DNA from: an uncultured virus (IMG/VR IMGVR_UViG_3300029705_000112)
Lineage: Duplodnaviria; Heunggongvirae; Uroviricota; Caudoviricetes
Length of the DNA: 64,000 nt
Direction: 5' to 3' (one strand)
IMG/VR virus record: IMGVR_UViG_3300029705_000112
Part shown: one piece after another, positions 50,630 to 60,687 of the stretch
Layout of the letters: the number at the start of each line of letters is the position of its first letter
Numbering within the stretch: position 1 is the stretch's first letter
Position numbers and translations under genes: made by a program
Notes under the pieces: model-generated
What the model saw: the letters and a program-made list of their open reading frames with translations, nothing else
What the model was told of the DNA's origin: nothing
The model's database searches: none

Positions 50630-50945
50630 GCTGTATGATAGCGGCATGACCGTTTATTTGCACATTGCAAAAGAGGTCGGTGTATCTGACTCAACGGTCG
50701 GAAAGATCATCAGAGAGCGGAATGCTTCTTCGGTAAAATTCTGTCCGAAGTGCTTGCATGAGAGCGGTAAGGAAGCGAGGTATTGCTACTGGTGCGGCAA
50801 CGATATCCGCAGCAAAGAAGAGCTGCTTTTGCTCAATGTCGAAAAGCTGCGCGGCATGATCGTCCACTTGCCCGAAAACGTCAGAGCGGAGTTTGACGGT
50901 ATCACGAGGGAGATCATGGGCTACTTGAAAGAAAAGGGTGCATGA
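50580..50945 (+). CDS. HTH plus zinc-ribbon protein (paralog of 2783-3136)
   Basis: IAKEVGVSDSTV; CPKC...CYWCG. Confidence 0.65.
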   Translation: MSRGTHITQEQKQKIYELYDSGMTVYLHIAKEVGVSDSTVGKIIRERNASSVKFCPKCLHESGKEARYCYWCGNDIRSKEELLLLNVEKLRGMIVHLPENVRAEFDGITREIMGYLKEKGA

Positions 50946-51930
50946 TATGGCAGACGTGAAGTGGATCAAGATAACCACGGATATCTTTGACGATGAAAAG
51001 ATCATTCTGATCGAGAGCCTGCCCGATGCCTATGCCATTATCACGGTTTGGTTTAAGCTGCTATGCCTTGCCGGGAAGCAGAATAACAGCGGCGTGTTCC
51101 TCTTGGGGAGAATGCCCTATACCGACAAGATGCTTGCTACCATCTTCCGCATGAAGGAATCAACGGTCACGATGGCATTGCAGACCTTTGAGAGCTTCGG
51201 CATGATTCAGATTATTGACGGAGTGATCACGATACCGAATTGGGGCAAGCACCAAAACCTTGATCAGCTTGAAAGCAAAAAGGAGTATATGCGCGGCTAC
51301 ATGAGGGAATACCGTGCAAAACAAAGGGCTTTAACATCGGGTAAAAATCCGAGTAAAACTAACGGTAAAGCTAAAGTTAGTCAAGCAGATAAAGAGAAAG
51401 ATAAAGAAATAGATACAGATATAGAGTTAGAGAATAAGAGAAAGAGTGTGTCCGCTGCGCAGACACCAGCGGCAGAGCCGCCCTCTGTCGATTATGAGCA
51501 ATTCAAAAATCTGTATAACGATATCTGCGTAAAGTTACCGCACGTTAAGATGCTTTCGGAAAAGAGAAAAAATGCGATCAGAGCATTTCTCAAGCAGCTG
51601 ACGGTTGATGACTTCAAGACGGTTTGCCAAAAAGCCAACGTGAGCGATTTTTTGACCGGGAAGAATGACAGAGAGTGGAAAGCTGACTTTGACTTTCTTC
51701 TGCGCGTAGATAAAGCTATCAGCATTATTGAGGGCAAATACAGCAATAACAAAGAGAGCGGTTCGTTTGAAACCGATGAATTTTACGAAGCTGCTCTGCG
51801 CAAGGCTTGCGGTGAAGAGCTTTACCAAGAGGTTTACGGCAAATCGAAACCGAAAACAGCTGCGGAAGATCCCGAGATCAGAGAAAAGGCAGAGAGCTTG
51901 AAGGGGAGATTGAAAAATGGGTTGGGATAA
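50938..51930 (+). CDS. phage replisome organizer / replication initiator
   Basis: VKWIKITTDIFDDEKI..IESLP...WFKLLCLAGK; W.ADFDFL. Confidence 0.88.
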   Translation: MHDMADVKWIKITTDIFDDEKIILIESLPDAYAIITVWFKLLCLAGKQNNSGVFLLGRMPYTDKMLATIFRMKESTVTMALQTFESFGMIQIIDGVITIPNWGKHQNLDQLESKKEYMRGYMREYRAKQRALTSGKNPSKTNGKAKVSQADKEKDKEIDTDIELENKRKSVSAAQTPAAEPPSVDYEQFKNLYNDICVKLPHVKMLSEKRKNAIRAFLKQLTVDDFKTVCQKANVSDFLTGKNDREWKADFDFLLRVDKAISIIEGKYSNNKESGSFETDEFYEAALRKACGEELYQEVYGKSKPKTAAEDPEIREKAESLKGRLKNGLG

Positions 51931-52219
51931 TATTTCTGAAGCAAAGTGCCGGTACTGTGGCAGAACGTTTGTGCCCGCTCCCCATCATGCTCTGAAAGAT
52001 ACCAACGGACTCTACTGTAAACCGACCTGCTTTTTGCACCGTGACGAGCTGCACAAGAGAAAGAAAAAGAGGGTGCTTGCGTTCCGTGGTGACGAGGTAG
52101 AGATATTCAAGAGTGCAACCGATGCGGCAAATCAATTCGGCACGGACGCAAAGGTTATCCGCAATGCTTGTCACAATGGAGAGAAATACCGGGGCTATAC
52201 TTGGAAATACGAGGAGTGA
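51917..52219 (+). CDS. zinc finger plus NUMOD1-like protein
   Basis: CRYCG...; F.SATDAA...I.NAC...GYTWKY. Confidence 0.55.
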   Translation: MGWDNISEAKCRYCGRTFVPAPHHALKDTNGLYCKPTCFLHRDELHKRKKKRVLAFRGDEVEIFKSATDAANQFGTDAKVIRNACHNGEKYRGYTWKYEE

Positions 52220-52223
52220 TTGC

Positions 52224-52661
52224 ATGAGAGCTGAAACGTATCTTGATAGAATCAAGAAAATAGACGTGCTGATCCTGAACAAGATGCGCGAGCATAGGCG
52301 GTGGGTAGATTCTGCCGAGGGGTTGAGCGGTGCCGCCTTCGGTGAGCGCGTGCAATCCTCAAGAAATCTCCACCGGGGCGCAGATGCGATCATCAACTAT
52401 ACCGTGCTTGAGGGTGAGATTAACGCCCTTGAAACGGAAAAGCAGAACATCATACACACCATCGAGCGGTTACCGAGTGTTGAGTATGATATTCTGCATA
52501 AGCTGTACGTAGGTAAGTATGACAAAAAGCTGGACCGTATGCAATATGATTCCCTCAAAGATATCGCGTATCAGTACAAGAAAAGCTACGATTGGGCGAA
52601 AAAGAAAAAGCAGCGCGCTGTGCGGTTGCTTGGAGCGGTGCTTGACGAGCAAGGGATATAA
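52224..52661 (+). CDS. RinA/ArpU-like late transcriptional activator
   Basis: Last early gene; AETYL..I..ID, coiled coil, C-terminal HTH-like region. Confidence 0.6.
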   Translation: MRAETYLDRIKKIDVLILNKMREHRRWVDSAEGLSGAAFGERVQSSRNLHRGADAIINYTVLEGEINALETEKQNIIHTIERLPSVEYDILHKLYVGKYDKKLDRMQYDSLKDIAYQYKKSYDWAKKKKQRAVRLLGAVLDEQGI

Positions 52662-52664
52662 AGA

Positions 52665-52696
52665 AAAGGGTTGACCAAAGCGGTCAGCCCTTTTTG
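52665..52696. terminator. bidirectional terminator
   Basis: AAAAGGGTTGACC-aaagc-GGTCAGCCCTTTTT. Confidence 0.7.
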
Positions 52697-52889
52697 AATA
52701 TGGCAAGTAAGATTGTGGTCAATGGTAAGGCTACGGTCAGAATGCCGAGCAGCACCATGATATCGTATTTGACGGATAGAGCGGTCACGCCAAAGGTGGC
52801 GATTGCTGCGAGGGTGCTTATTAGGTACTTTTTGAAGATCGCATGAGTGTTGAGGAACGCCCATGCAGCGTAGGCTATGTATAAAATGA

Positions 52890-53075
52890 TCATTGTTCGG
52901 ACTCCTTTTCCATATCCTTGCGGATCAATCTCTTGATGTATGTGGCTTTCGGCTCGTCTAACTGTGCAAGCCATTCCAGAATGTCCTTGTCTGTGGGGTA
53001 AAGCTCTATGCGGAGCGGTACTACTTTCTTTCGGTAGTTGGCTCTCGCCTTTTTGTCGGTTAGTTTGATGCTCAT
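52890..53075 (-). CDS. small ribbon-helix-helix-like regulator
   Basis: VPLRIELYPTDKDILEWL...KATYIKRLIRKDM. Confidence 0.6.
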   Translation of the reverse strand: MSIKLTDKKARANYRKKVVPLRIELYPTDKDILEWLAQLDEPKATYIKRLIRKDMEKESEQ

Positions 53076-53088
53076 GGTGTGTTCTCCT

Positions 53089-54468
53089 TTATGCTGCTAT
53101 TTTTTTGAGTGCCTTGTTTGCGTGGGGAAGCCATACGTTGTTTACGTAGTCGGTAACGGCTTGGTCGGGCTTGTGGTTGTGGTCTGCGTAGAATTGCAGT
53201 ATCTTCTTGCTTTGGGGAGAAAATTCGATTGTAGCAAGGGGCGTTTCGGTGTCGGTGGCAGAACGGACGAAGAAGATCAGACTTTGCTCTTTTGCGAATT
53301 TTTGGTCATAGTTCATTCTGCCTACACAATGATGCAATGCTTCTCCCTCTTTGACAAGCTCCGCTGGGCTTTGCGCGATATAGACAACAAACGCGCCATT
53401 GTCAAGGCTCTGCAAGGGCAGATATTTGCTTGCTACGGTTACAAAGTTCTCGGCAAGGTGTTCGCGTTCCCATTCGCGCTTTATGCGCTCCTGCTCGGCT
53501 TTGAGGGCTCTTGCGGTGTGTGCATCTTCAATGGCGACATCGTGGGCGTGCATAAAATCGTGGGGGTAGCGGTTCTTGTCCTTGGTCATATCCATGCCGA
53601 GCTCACGGCACGCGCTGACATAATCGCGGTAAAGGGAGAGGGTGGTATTCTGCTTTTTGAGGTAGCCGAAAAGGCGGTCTGCTTCTCCCTTGAACATTCC
53701 GTTGAACGTTTTGTAGAACGGAGTAGCAAGGTCTTTCTTAAACCACTCATACTCTTGTACGATCTCAAGGGGCTTGTTCTGCTTGTATGCGTTGAGAATC
53801 GTGCTTACGTAGAATTGCTTATCATATCCTCTGTCCGATGCAAGGAGTTCGCGGTTTCTGCCGAGGTACTTACGGAAAGATTTGTCTTTGGTGGCTTTCT
53901 CCAAAATCTGCTTGGAGAGGGCATAACTTGAAAGTCCGAGCTTGACGAGCATTTCTGCTATGGGGTACTTTTCGTAGGTGCGGAGATATTCAATGATATC
54001 CTCTCCTTGGTAGAGATCGCAAGCGGAGTATTGGTATTCGGGGTACTTACGGAGATAGTCAAGGTTTACAATGGGTGCGAACGTGGGGTTGTAATACTTG
54101 TCATCGGCTTCGTACCACTTGCCTTTTGCATACCATGCTGGGGCGTTGTGCTGACGCATACCCTCGGAGTAGAAATCGACCTTGAAACCGCCCATATAGG
54201 CGTACTCCATATCGTGCACGAAACAGATATCAGAGTGCAGACCGTGAACGGCTACCTGCTTGCAGTACCAAACCTTTTTATAGATCTTGACGGCTACTGT
54301 GACTCGGCAGAGATCTCCGTCATTCTTGGCAAGGTATGAGTAAAAGCGGAGCTGTCCGCAGGGCTTGATATTTCTGCTTTCGTCAAGCTTCTTTATCTTG
54401 GCGAGTATTTGCTTGGGTATGGGCTTGATCTTCTCTATCTTCATAACGTGCTCCTTAGAATAAATCAA
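53089..54468 (-). CDS. PcfJ-like domain protein
   Basis: YRDY..A..LGMD...YP.DF..AHD; S..ELVKEGEALHHCVG...IFFVR. Confidence 0.85.
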   Translation of the reverse strand: MIYSKEHVMKIEKIKPIPKQILAKIKKLDESRNIKPCGQLRFYSYLAKNDGDLCRVTVAVKIYKKVWYCKQVAVHGLHSDICFVHDMEYAYMGGFKVDFYSEGMRQHNAPAWYAKGKWYEADDKYYNPTFAPIVNLDYLRKYPEYQYSACDLYQGEDIIEYLRTYEKYPIAEMLVKLGLSSYALSKQILEKATKDKSFRKYLGRNRELLASDRGYDKQFYVSTILNAYKQNKPLEIVQEYEWFKKDLATPFYKTFNGMFKGEADRLFGYLKKQNTTLSLYRDYVSACRELGMDMTKDKNRYPHDFMHAHDVAIEDAHTARALKAEQERIKREWEREHLAENFVTVASKYLPLQSLDNGAFVVYIAQSPAELVKEGEALHHCVGRMNYDQKFAKEQSLIFFVRSATDTETPLATIEFSPQSKKILQFYADHNHKPDQAVTDYVNNVWLPHANKALKKIAA

Positions 54469-54967
54469 ACAAAGAGATTTGAGCGGTGTCGGTGGGCTTT
54501 TTGGTCTTGGGCTTGGGTTCGGGTGTGGGCTTACGTTCGGGTTTGGGTTCGGGGGCAGGGGTGTCGAGAATGCTTAATTGTTGGGGCTCGGTCTTGGGGG
54601 CTTGTATGGGCTTGGTGGGGGCTTTGGGCTCGGTCTTTGGCTTGGGAGCTTGGTAGGGCGTGCCGTCAAGGTTGAATAATTCTCCCCCGATGGACTCTTC
54701 TTCAAAGTAGTGGATAGCCCACCCGAAAACTGTCTGATCGTCAACACAAGCAAAATTCGCGCCTTTCTCGGCAAGCTTGCGTGCTTCGGTTGTAGCCCAC
54801 TTGAAAAAGCCTTGCAGGGTCTTGCGCATGATTAGATGCTTGCCGTCCTTGGTGAGCGGTGTGCCGTTGTTGATCTTGTCTGCTAAAGTGTCGCTTGCGT
54901 TGTGCTCAAGGTATTCCTTGATACGTTGCTCTGGAACGTTGTGAGCGGTCAATGCTAATGCTTTCAT
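54455..54967 (-). CDS. PcfK-like / AcrIIA9-family protein
   Basis: IKEYLE...KTLQG...EARKL...ACVDDQTVFGWAIHYFEE; Pro/Lys linker; QISLFDLF tail. Confidence 0.75.
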   Translation of the reverse strand: MKALALTAHNVPEQRIKEYLEHNASDTLADKINNGTPLTKDGKHLIMRKTLQGFFKWATTEARKLAEKGANFACVDDQTVFGWAIHYFEEESIGGELFNLDGTPYQAPKPKTEPKAPTKPIQAPKTEPQQLSILDTPAPEPKPERKPTPEPKPKTKKPTDTAQISLFDLF

Positions 54968-55012
54968 ATTCTATTCCTTTCTGCGCCTTTAGGGGATTCG
55001 CTTTCCATAATT

Positions 55013-55198
55013 TTAGAATGTTTGTGTTCTCATGATCGAGCCGTCTTTAATGGAGACGATCTTGGTGATCTTCCAGTTTTTCTTTTGGCACTTGATCTTG
55101 AAATCGGTCAGCTCTCCGTATGGCAGGGTGCGCACGCGAGAGCCGTATTCGGTTGCGTAGTAAACTGTGTATTTGGTCACGATGATCCCCCTTTCCAC
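55013..55198 (-). CDS. small hypothetical protein, first gene of the antisense operon
   Basis: ORF directly downstream of a minus-strand promoter. Confidence 0.5.
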   Translation of the reverse strand: MERGIIVTKYTVYYATEYGSRVRTLPYGELTDFKIKCQKKNWKITKIVSIKDGSIMRTQTF

Positions 55199-55203
55199 TC
55201 TCT

Positions 55204-55232
55204 ATTATAGCATACCCCTCGGGGTATGTAAA
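55204..55232 (-). promoter_or_regulatory. SigA-type promoter with palindromic operator
   Basis: Minus strand TTTACA-N17-TATAAT; CATACCCC-tc-GGGGTATG in the spacer. Confidence 0.75.
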
Positions 55233-55290
55233 TTCGCAGAATAACCAAAGCGGAGTGAAAAAACTGTGCATATTTCACAAATCGGCTGAA

Positions 55291-55356
55291 ATTACCCCAA
55301 ATTACCCAACTTTACCCCATTTTCACCAACACGTGCGCAATTTTCGGGGTTATAAT
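55291..55356 (+). promoter_or_regulatory. four phased 10-bp repeats plus -10 box: putative phage B late promoter
   Basis: attaccccaa/attacccaac/tttaccccat/tttcaccaac, then TATAAT at 55351. Confidence 0.6.
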
Positions 55357-55532
55357 AATACTGTGAAAATATCGAAAGAGGGCGTGCTGACGGGTACGCT
55401 CTTTTTTTATATGCCGAGAAGCACCTGCGGATATTTCATTCGAGACCATGTGGGATATCCGTCAAATAGTTACTCCTGCGGCGGCACTCGGTGTCGCCTA
55501 AGGTGCTCGACAAAAAGAAAGGGGGAGAGGTC

Positions 55533-55952
55533 GTGCTGACGGCAAATCAAGAGAAATTCGTGCAGGGTATCATTGATGGCAAGAGCCAAGCGGAAGCATA
55601 CAGATCCGCTTACCCCAATCAAAAAATGTCGGACAAGACTATTTGGGAAAAGGCAAGCACTCTGATGCGCAAGGACAAGGTTGTGGCAAGGTTGAACGAA
55701 TTGCGAGAGCAGATGATGAAACCGAGCATTATGAGCGCGCAGGAGCGGTTAGAATTGCTTACAAGAATTGCCAAGGGCGAAGAGCATGAGAGGGTCATGC
55801 GTATCGTTGATGGCGAGATGGTGGAAATTGAAGTGCCTGCAAGCATTAAGACAAGACAGACCGCCATTGACCTTATGAATAAAATGACAGGAGAGTACAC
55901 GACCAAGATCGAGGGAGATCTGAACGTGAAACGGCTTGAGGACTTGCTATGA
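55533..55952 (+). CDS. terS: terminase small subunit (phage B)
   Basis: LTANQEKFVQ...SQAEAYRSAY...AS.L...V..RL.EL. Confidence 0.85.
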   Translation: MLTANQEKFVQGIIDGKSQAEAYRSAYPNQKMSDKTIWEKASTLMRKDKVVARLNELREQMMKPSIMSAQERLELLTRIAKGEEHERVMRIVDGEMVEIEVPASIKTRQTAIDLMNKMTGEYTTKIEGDLNVKRLEDLL

Positions 55953-57736
55953 CATACTCGGCAGATTTTCTTATCGAGAAGCGCAAAGAGAAATGGCAAG
56001 AGAAGCACAGTATAGAGTTTGACAAGCAATTTCGTGATGCGGTGGCGCAGGAGCTATTGACAGATGCCGACTTGCTTGCAGAGGTTAAGAGATACCCCGA
56101 AAAGCTGATAGAGCTATTCTTTATCGTGGTTGACAAGAATCAGCAGACAATGCCGTTCTTTCTCAATGACGTGCAGCATGATTTCATGAATACCCTGAAC
56201 AAAGCCATAGAGGACTTTGAAAAGGGGGAGATCACTGATATATCCCTATTGGTATTGAAGGGCAGACAGCAAGGATTTACCACGGTTGTGACGGCATATC
56301 AGCTGTCGTGCTCGTTGCTCAATCGCAACTTTCAAGGCTACACGTTGGCAGACAAGAGCGACAACTCTGAAGCAATCTTTCAGAACAAAGCAAAGTTTCC
56401 GTATAGTCAGCTCCCGGAAGCGTTAAAGCCTACGGAGAAATACAACAACCGCAAGCAGCTGCTATTTGAGAAAATCAATAGCTCGTGGGCGGTTGATACA
56501 GCGACAAAGGACGTTGGGCGTTCGCGCACGGTCAACTTCTTCCACGGCTCTGAATGTGCCTTTTGGAAGGACGGTATATCACCTATACAAGCTGCTTTGG
56601 GTGAAGCCTTTACAAGGAACTGCATCAAGATATACGAGAGCACGGCAAACGGCTATAACGACTATCAGAAGATGTGGGATAGTGGCGTACACATTAACTG
56701 CTTCTATGAGTGGTGGAAAACCAAGGAATATCGCATATCCTTCCGTAACGATGATCAGAGAGCGGAATTTCTGCATCAGATTGACCGAGGAAAGGGATGG
56801 ATATTTGATAGGCTGCGCTGGCTGCGTGACGATAAAGGGCTTGCAGCGGAGCAGCTTTATTGGTACTGGAACAAATACGATAAATACCTTGACAAGGATC
56901 TGATCAAGCAGGAATATCCATGTTCTGCGCAGGAAGCGTTCCTTCTGTCGGGCAAGAACGTATTTGACACGCAGGTCATTCTTGAACGGCTCTCACGGCT
57001 TAATAAGCCTATCAAGAGGGGCTATTTCCTGTATGACTATGACGGACTACGCATCAGCAATATACGATGGGTCAACGATAAAGAGGGCTATATCTTGATA
57101 TATTCGCTCCCGAATCAGCCTGCATTTACCGAGTATTGCATAGGCGGTGACACGGCAGGAGAGGGCAGCGACTACTTTACCGGGCACGTATTGGACGCGA
57201 AAACAGGCGTGCAGGTGGCAACACTCAAGCATCAATTCGATGCAGACCAATACACAAGGCAGATGTACTGTCTTGGTATGTACTATAAGCAAGCCCTGAT
57301 TGGCATAGAAGCAAACTTTGATTCTTACCCGATCATGGAGCTGCAACGTTTGGGATATCCGAAGCAATACGTAAGAGAAGCGCAGGACACCTATACCGGC
57401 AAGACAGAGAAGCGGTTTGGCTTTAAGACAACGAGCTTGACGCGCCCGACCATCATTTCAAGGCTGATAGAGATCGTCAGAGAGCACCCGGATACTATCA
57501 ACGATAAGGACACCTTGGAAGAGCTTTTGACCATCACACGCAACGAAAAGGGGCGCATAGAAGCTCCCGAAGGCGGTCACGATGACCAAATGATGGGGCT
57601 TGCGATAGCGCACCATATCAGGGATCAGGTTGTGTTCATGGAAGAGCCAATTATCGTGAATCCGAAGAACGGCTTCAACATTGAGCGCATGATGCAGACA
57701 AGCACCGATTATGGCGATTCTATAACGCCTGTTTAA
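55949..57736 (+). CDS. terL: terminase large subunit (phage B), intein-free
   Basis: LKGRQQGFTT, HGSECAFW, ESTANG, GGDTAGEG.D, HDDQMMGLAIA. Confidence 0.92.
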   Translation: MTYSADFLIEKRKEKWQEKHSIEFDKQFRDAVAQELLTDADLLAEVKRYPEKLIELFFIVVDKNQQTMPFFLNDVQHDFMNTLNKAIEDFEKGEITDISLLVLKGRQQGFTTVVTAYQLSCSLLNRNFQGYTLADKSDNSEAIFQNKAKFPYSQLPEALKPTEKYNNRKQLLFEKINSSWAVDTATKDVGRSRTVNFFHGSECAFWKDGISPIQAALGEAFTRNCIKIYESTANGYNDYQKMWDSGVHINCFYEWWKTKEYRISFRNDDQRAEFLHQIDRGKGWIFDRLRWLRDDKGLAAEQLYWYWNKYDKYLDKDLIKQEYPCSAQEAFLLSGKNVFDTQVILERLSRLNKPIKRGYFLYDYDGLRISNIRWVNDKEGYILIYSLPNQPAFTEYCIGGDTAGEGSDYFTGHVLDAKTGVQVATLKHQFDADQYTRQMYCLGMYYKQALIGIEANFDSYPIMELQRLGYPKQYVREAQDTYTGKTEKRFGFKTTSLTRPTIISRLIEIVREHPDTINDKDTLEELLTITRNEKGRIEAPEGGHDDQMMGLAIAHHIRDQVVFMEEPIIVNPKNGFNIERMMQTSTDYGDSITPV

Positions 57737-57745
57737 GGGGGATAT

Positions 57746-57991
57746 ATGGAAATTATAATAGCAGTTTTGGTGACAGGCGCGCTTTGCATAGCGTGCTTTT
57801 TTATTGGCGCAAAGGTGGGTCAGACGGCAAGCCGAGGGGAGAACATTGCGCTTCCCGATATCGGCAAGGCAAAGAGAGAGCTGCAAGAGCGCAAGGAAGC
57901 GGACAAGGAGCAAAAGAGATATAACGCTATTCTTGAGAATATCGAGCGTTACGATGGCACGGCTTCCGGGCAAAAGGATATACCGAGATAA
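57746..57991 (+). CDS. small membrane-anchored protein
   Basis: N-terminal hydrophobic helix; NIERYDGTASGQ. Confidence 0.6.
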   Translation: MEIIIAVLVTGALCIACFFIGAKVGQTASRGENIALPDIGKAKRELQERKEADKEQKRYNAILENIERYDGTASGQKDIPR

Positions 57992-58008
57992 TGACGTGGG
58001 GGTGAAAC

Positions 58009-59796
58009 ATGAGCTATCAAGGAAACATGGACTATAGAGAGTTCATAGAAACGCCGATTTGGCAGCTTTTCGAAAAGGGGCGCAATTATCACAGGATCAT
58101 CGGCACGTTCGGTGATACCGACAAGAATTACCGCTTCTACAACGGCAACCAATGGGAAGGCGCCAAGCTGGACGGCGTAGAGCCTGTACAGAAAAACTTT
58201 ATCAAGCCCATTGTCAAGTACAAAGTGGCGGTTATTCACGACAATTTGTATGCTATCGTGTACTCTTCGCAGAATTTCAAGAGCCGAACATTCCACAAGG
58301 AAGCGGAGAGATACTGCAAGATCCTGAACGGCTACGCTGCCAAGGTATGGGAGCGCGACAAGATGGATTTCAAGGGGCGCAGGATCACCAAGGATGCCGC
58401 GATCAATGACGAGGGCATTATCTACGTTGATTTCGACCAAGAGAAGATGCTGCCGGTCAATGAGATCATCAAGAAAAACGATATCTATTACGGCAACGAG
58501 AACGATGACGATATTCAAAATCAGCCCTATATCCTGCTCCGCAAGAGAATGCCGGTATCCAACGCGATTGAGTTTGCGCTGTATCACGGCATGAGTGAGG
58601 ACAAGGTGGCGTTTATTATCGGTGATAACGATACCTTTGAGGAAAGCGGAGACGCGGCAAAGGAAGAGCTTGATAACATGGTGACTATCGTGTACAAGCT
58701 TTACAAGAAGGACGGTACGGTCCGATTCTCTATTGCCACTCGGTACGTTGATATTGTCGAGGACGTTGACCTTGGTATTTCGCTCTATCCTATCGCGCAT
58801 TTCGTGTGGGAAGAGAAAGAGGGCAGCGCGAGAGGTGAGGGCGAGGTTCGATACCTGATCCCCAACCAAATTGAGGTCAACCGTGTCGAGGTCAGACGCG
58901 TCTTGGCTGTCAAGTATCAGGCATTTCCGCAGAGAGTTGCAGACATAAACAAGATAGCCAATCCTAATGCTCTTAAATCTGTCGGCGGCACGATCTATAC
59001 GAACGGTCAGCCGGTAGATGACGTGAACAAGATCATTGGCACGATTCAGCCGGCGCAAATGTCTGCGGACGTTGTAAAGCTGCAAGAGGACTTGATCAAC
59101 ATGTCAAGAGATTTGGCAGGCGCAGGTGATACCGCAGCGGGTCAGATCGATCCCGAAAAAGCATCCGGTAGAGCGATTCTTGCCGTGCAGCAGGCTTCGC
59201 AAGCTCCTATGACCGAGCAGAAAGAGTCCTACAAGACATTTGTAGAGGATTTGGCGCGTATTTGGCTTGAATATCTGATTGTGCATTCGGTGGACGGCGT
59301 GAAGATGGAAGAAGAGGTCACGGACAAGAACGGCGTGGAATACACCAAGCTTGTGACAGTGCCGCAGAGCGTGCTTGAAAAGCTGCAAGCATCGGTCAAG
59401 ATCGATATTACGCCCAAGGGTGTATATGACAGATTTGCGCAGGAGCAGACGCTTGAAAACCTGTTCGTGAATGGTATGTTCAGCGTGGAGAAATTGCCCG
59501 AGTTCAAGAAATACGTCAAGGCTCTTCCTGACGATTCCGTTGCACCCAAGACCATCCTTGAGGGAATCGTTGATGATGCGGAAGCAGAACAGCTCAAGAT
59601 TGCCGAGTACGAGGCAAAGGCGCAGATGCTTATGCAGAATGCGCAGCAGTTCTTCATGGAAGATCCCGATGGCCAGGCAGACCAAATGGCAGATGCACAG
59701 ATGCAGCTTGAAGCCGAGGAAGCAGAGCTTGCCGAGCAAGAGGACGAGCTTGACGAGGAAACCGAGGAAGCGGAAGAGGATATCGAGGAAGAATAA
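58009..59796 (+). CDS. portal protein (phage B)
   Basis: RFYNGNQW, NFIKPIV, ASGRAILAVQQA; P22-like portal. Confidence 0.85.
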   Translation: MSYQGNMDYREFIETPIWQLFEKGRNYHRIIGTFGDTDKNYRFYNGNQWEGAKLDGVEPVQKNFIKPIVKYKVAVIHDNLYAIVYSSQNFKSRTFHKEAERYCKILNGYAAKVWERDKMDFKGRRITKDAAINDEGIIYVDFDQEKMLPVNEIIKKNDIYYGNENDDDIQNQPYILLRKRMPVSNAIEFALYHGMSEDKVAFIIGDNDTFEESGDAAKEELDNMVTIVYKLYKKDGTVRFSIATRYVDIVEDVDLGISLYPIAHFVWEEKEGSARGEGEVRYLIPNQIEVNRVEVRRVLAVKYQAFPQRVADINKIANPNALKSVGGTIYTNGQPVDDVNKIIGTIQPAQMSADVVKLQEDLINMSRDLAGAGDTAAGQIDPEKASGRAILAVQQASQAPMTEQKESYKTFVEDLARIWLEYLIVHSVDGVKMEEEVTDKNGVEYTKLVTVPQSVLEKLQASVKIDITPKGVYDRFAQEQTLENLFVNGMFSVEKLPEFKKYVKALPDDSVAPKTILEGIVDDAEAEQLKIAEYEAKAQMLMQNAQQFFMEDPDGQADQMADAQMQLEAEEAELAEQEDELDEETEEAEEDIEEE

Positions 59797-59902
59797 AGCC
59801 CTTTTATAGGGCTTTTTCTGATACATGACCGAGCATTTACGTCATAAAACTGCATGGAATCGGTGAAGCAAACACCACTCAAAAAATGGGAAGGAAAATC
59901 GT

Positions 59903-60661
59903 ATGAACGAGAACGAAAACCTTGTGACCGAAGAGGTTGCTGAAAACACGGAGCAGACCGCAGAACAAACCGCAGAACAAACGCCCAAGAGTTACACGGA
60001 CGATGAGGTCAATGCAATCGTGGGCAAACGCCTTGCCCGTCAGGAAGCAAAGATCCGCAAGGAATATGACCGCAAGTACGGCAGACTTACGGAAGTGCTG
60101 AAGGCAGGCACAGGCAAAGAGGACGTGGACGAAATGACCGACACGTTTGAGAAATTCTATGAGAGCAAGGGTGTCAAGATCCAAAAGCCGCAGTATTCGG
60201 CAAAGGACATTGAAGCACTTGCAAGGGCTGATGCAAACGATATCATCGGCGCTGGCTTTGAGTACGTGGTTGACGAGGTTGACCGCCTCTCCGAGATCGG
60301 CGCGGATAGAATGACCGCAAGAGAAAAAGCGTTGTTCAAGGTGCTGGCAGAGCACAGGCAGAATGCCGAGAGAGCGCAGGAGCTTGAAAAGATCGGCGTT
60401 GGTGAGGACGTTTTGAACAGCCCCGAGTTCAAGGAATTTCAGCGTATGTTCAGAGAGGACACGCCTATTTCCAAGGTATATGAGCAATACCAAAAAAACA
60501 AACCGAGAAAAGAATTTAAGACGATGGGGAGTATGAAGCAGCCCCAAGATACCGGCGTAAAGGATTACTACACGCCCGAAGAGATCGAGAGGTTGACCAT
60601 GAAAGACCTTGACGATCCGAAGGTGTGGGAAGCCGTAAGACGCTCTATGACAGGCGGCTAA
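59903..60661 (+). CDS. scaffolding protein (phage B)
   Basis: YTDDEVNAIVGKRLARQE; acidic, before the capsid gene. Confidence 0.75.
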   Translation: MNENENLVTEEVAENTEQTAEQTAEQTPKSYTDDEVNAIVGKRLARQEAKIRKEYDRKYGRLTEVLKAGTGKEDVDEMTDTFEKFYESKGVKIQKPQYSAKDIEALARADANDIIGAGFEYVVDEVDRLSEIGADRMTAREKALFKVLAEHRQNAERAQELEKIGVGEDVLNSPEFKEFQRMFREDTPISKVYEQYQKNKPRKEFKTMGSMKQPQDTGVKDYYTPEEIERLTMKDLDDPKVWEAVRRSMTGG

Positions 60662-60687
60662 ATATCCTCATCCCCAAGAAAGGATGA

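Noticed and set aside
53038..53931. 297-aa plus-strand ORF
   Set aside because: Shadow of the minus-strand PcfJ-like gene
54490..54660. G/T-rich repetitive stretch resembling an array
   Set aside because: Encodes the Pro/Lys linker of the PcfK-like protein; no repeat-spacer structure, so not CRISPR
59824..59860. Possible pseudoknot upstream of scaffold B (ATGAC/GTCAT stem)
   Set aside because: Pairing is too short to support without comparative data
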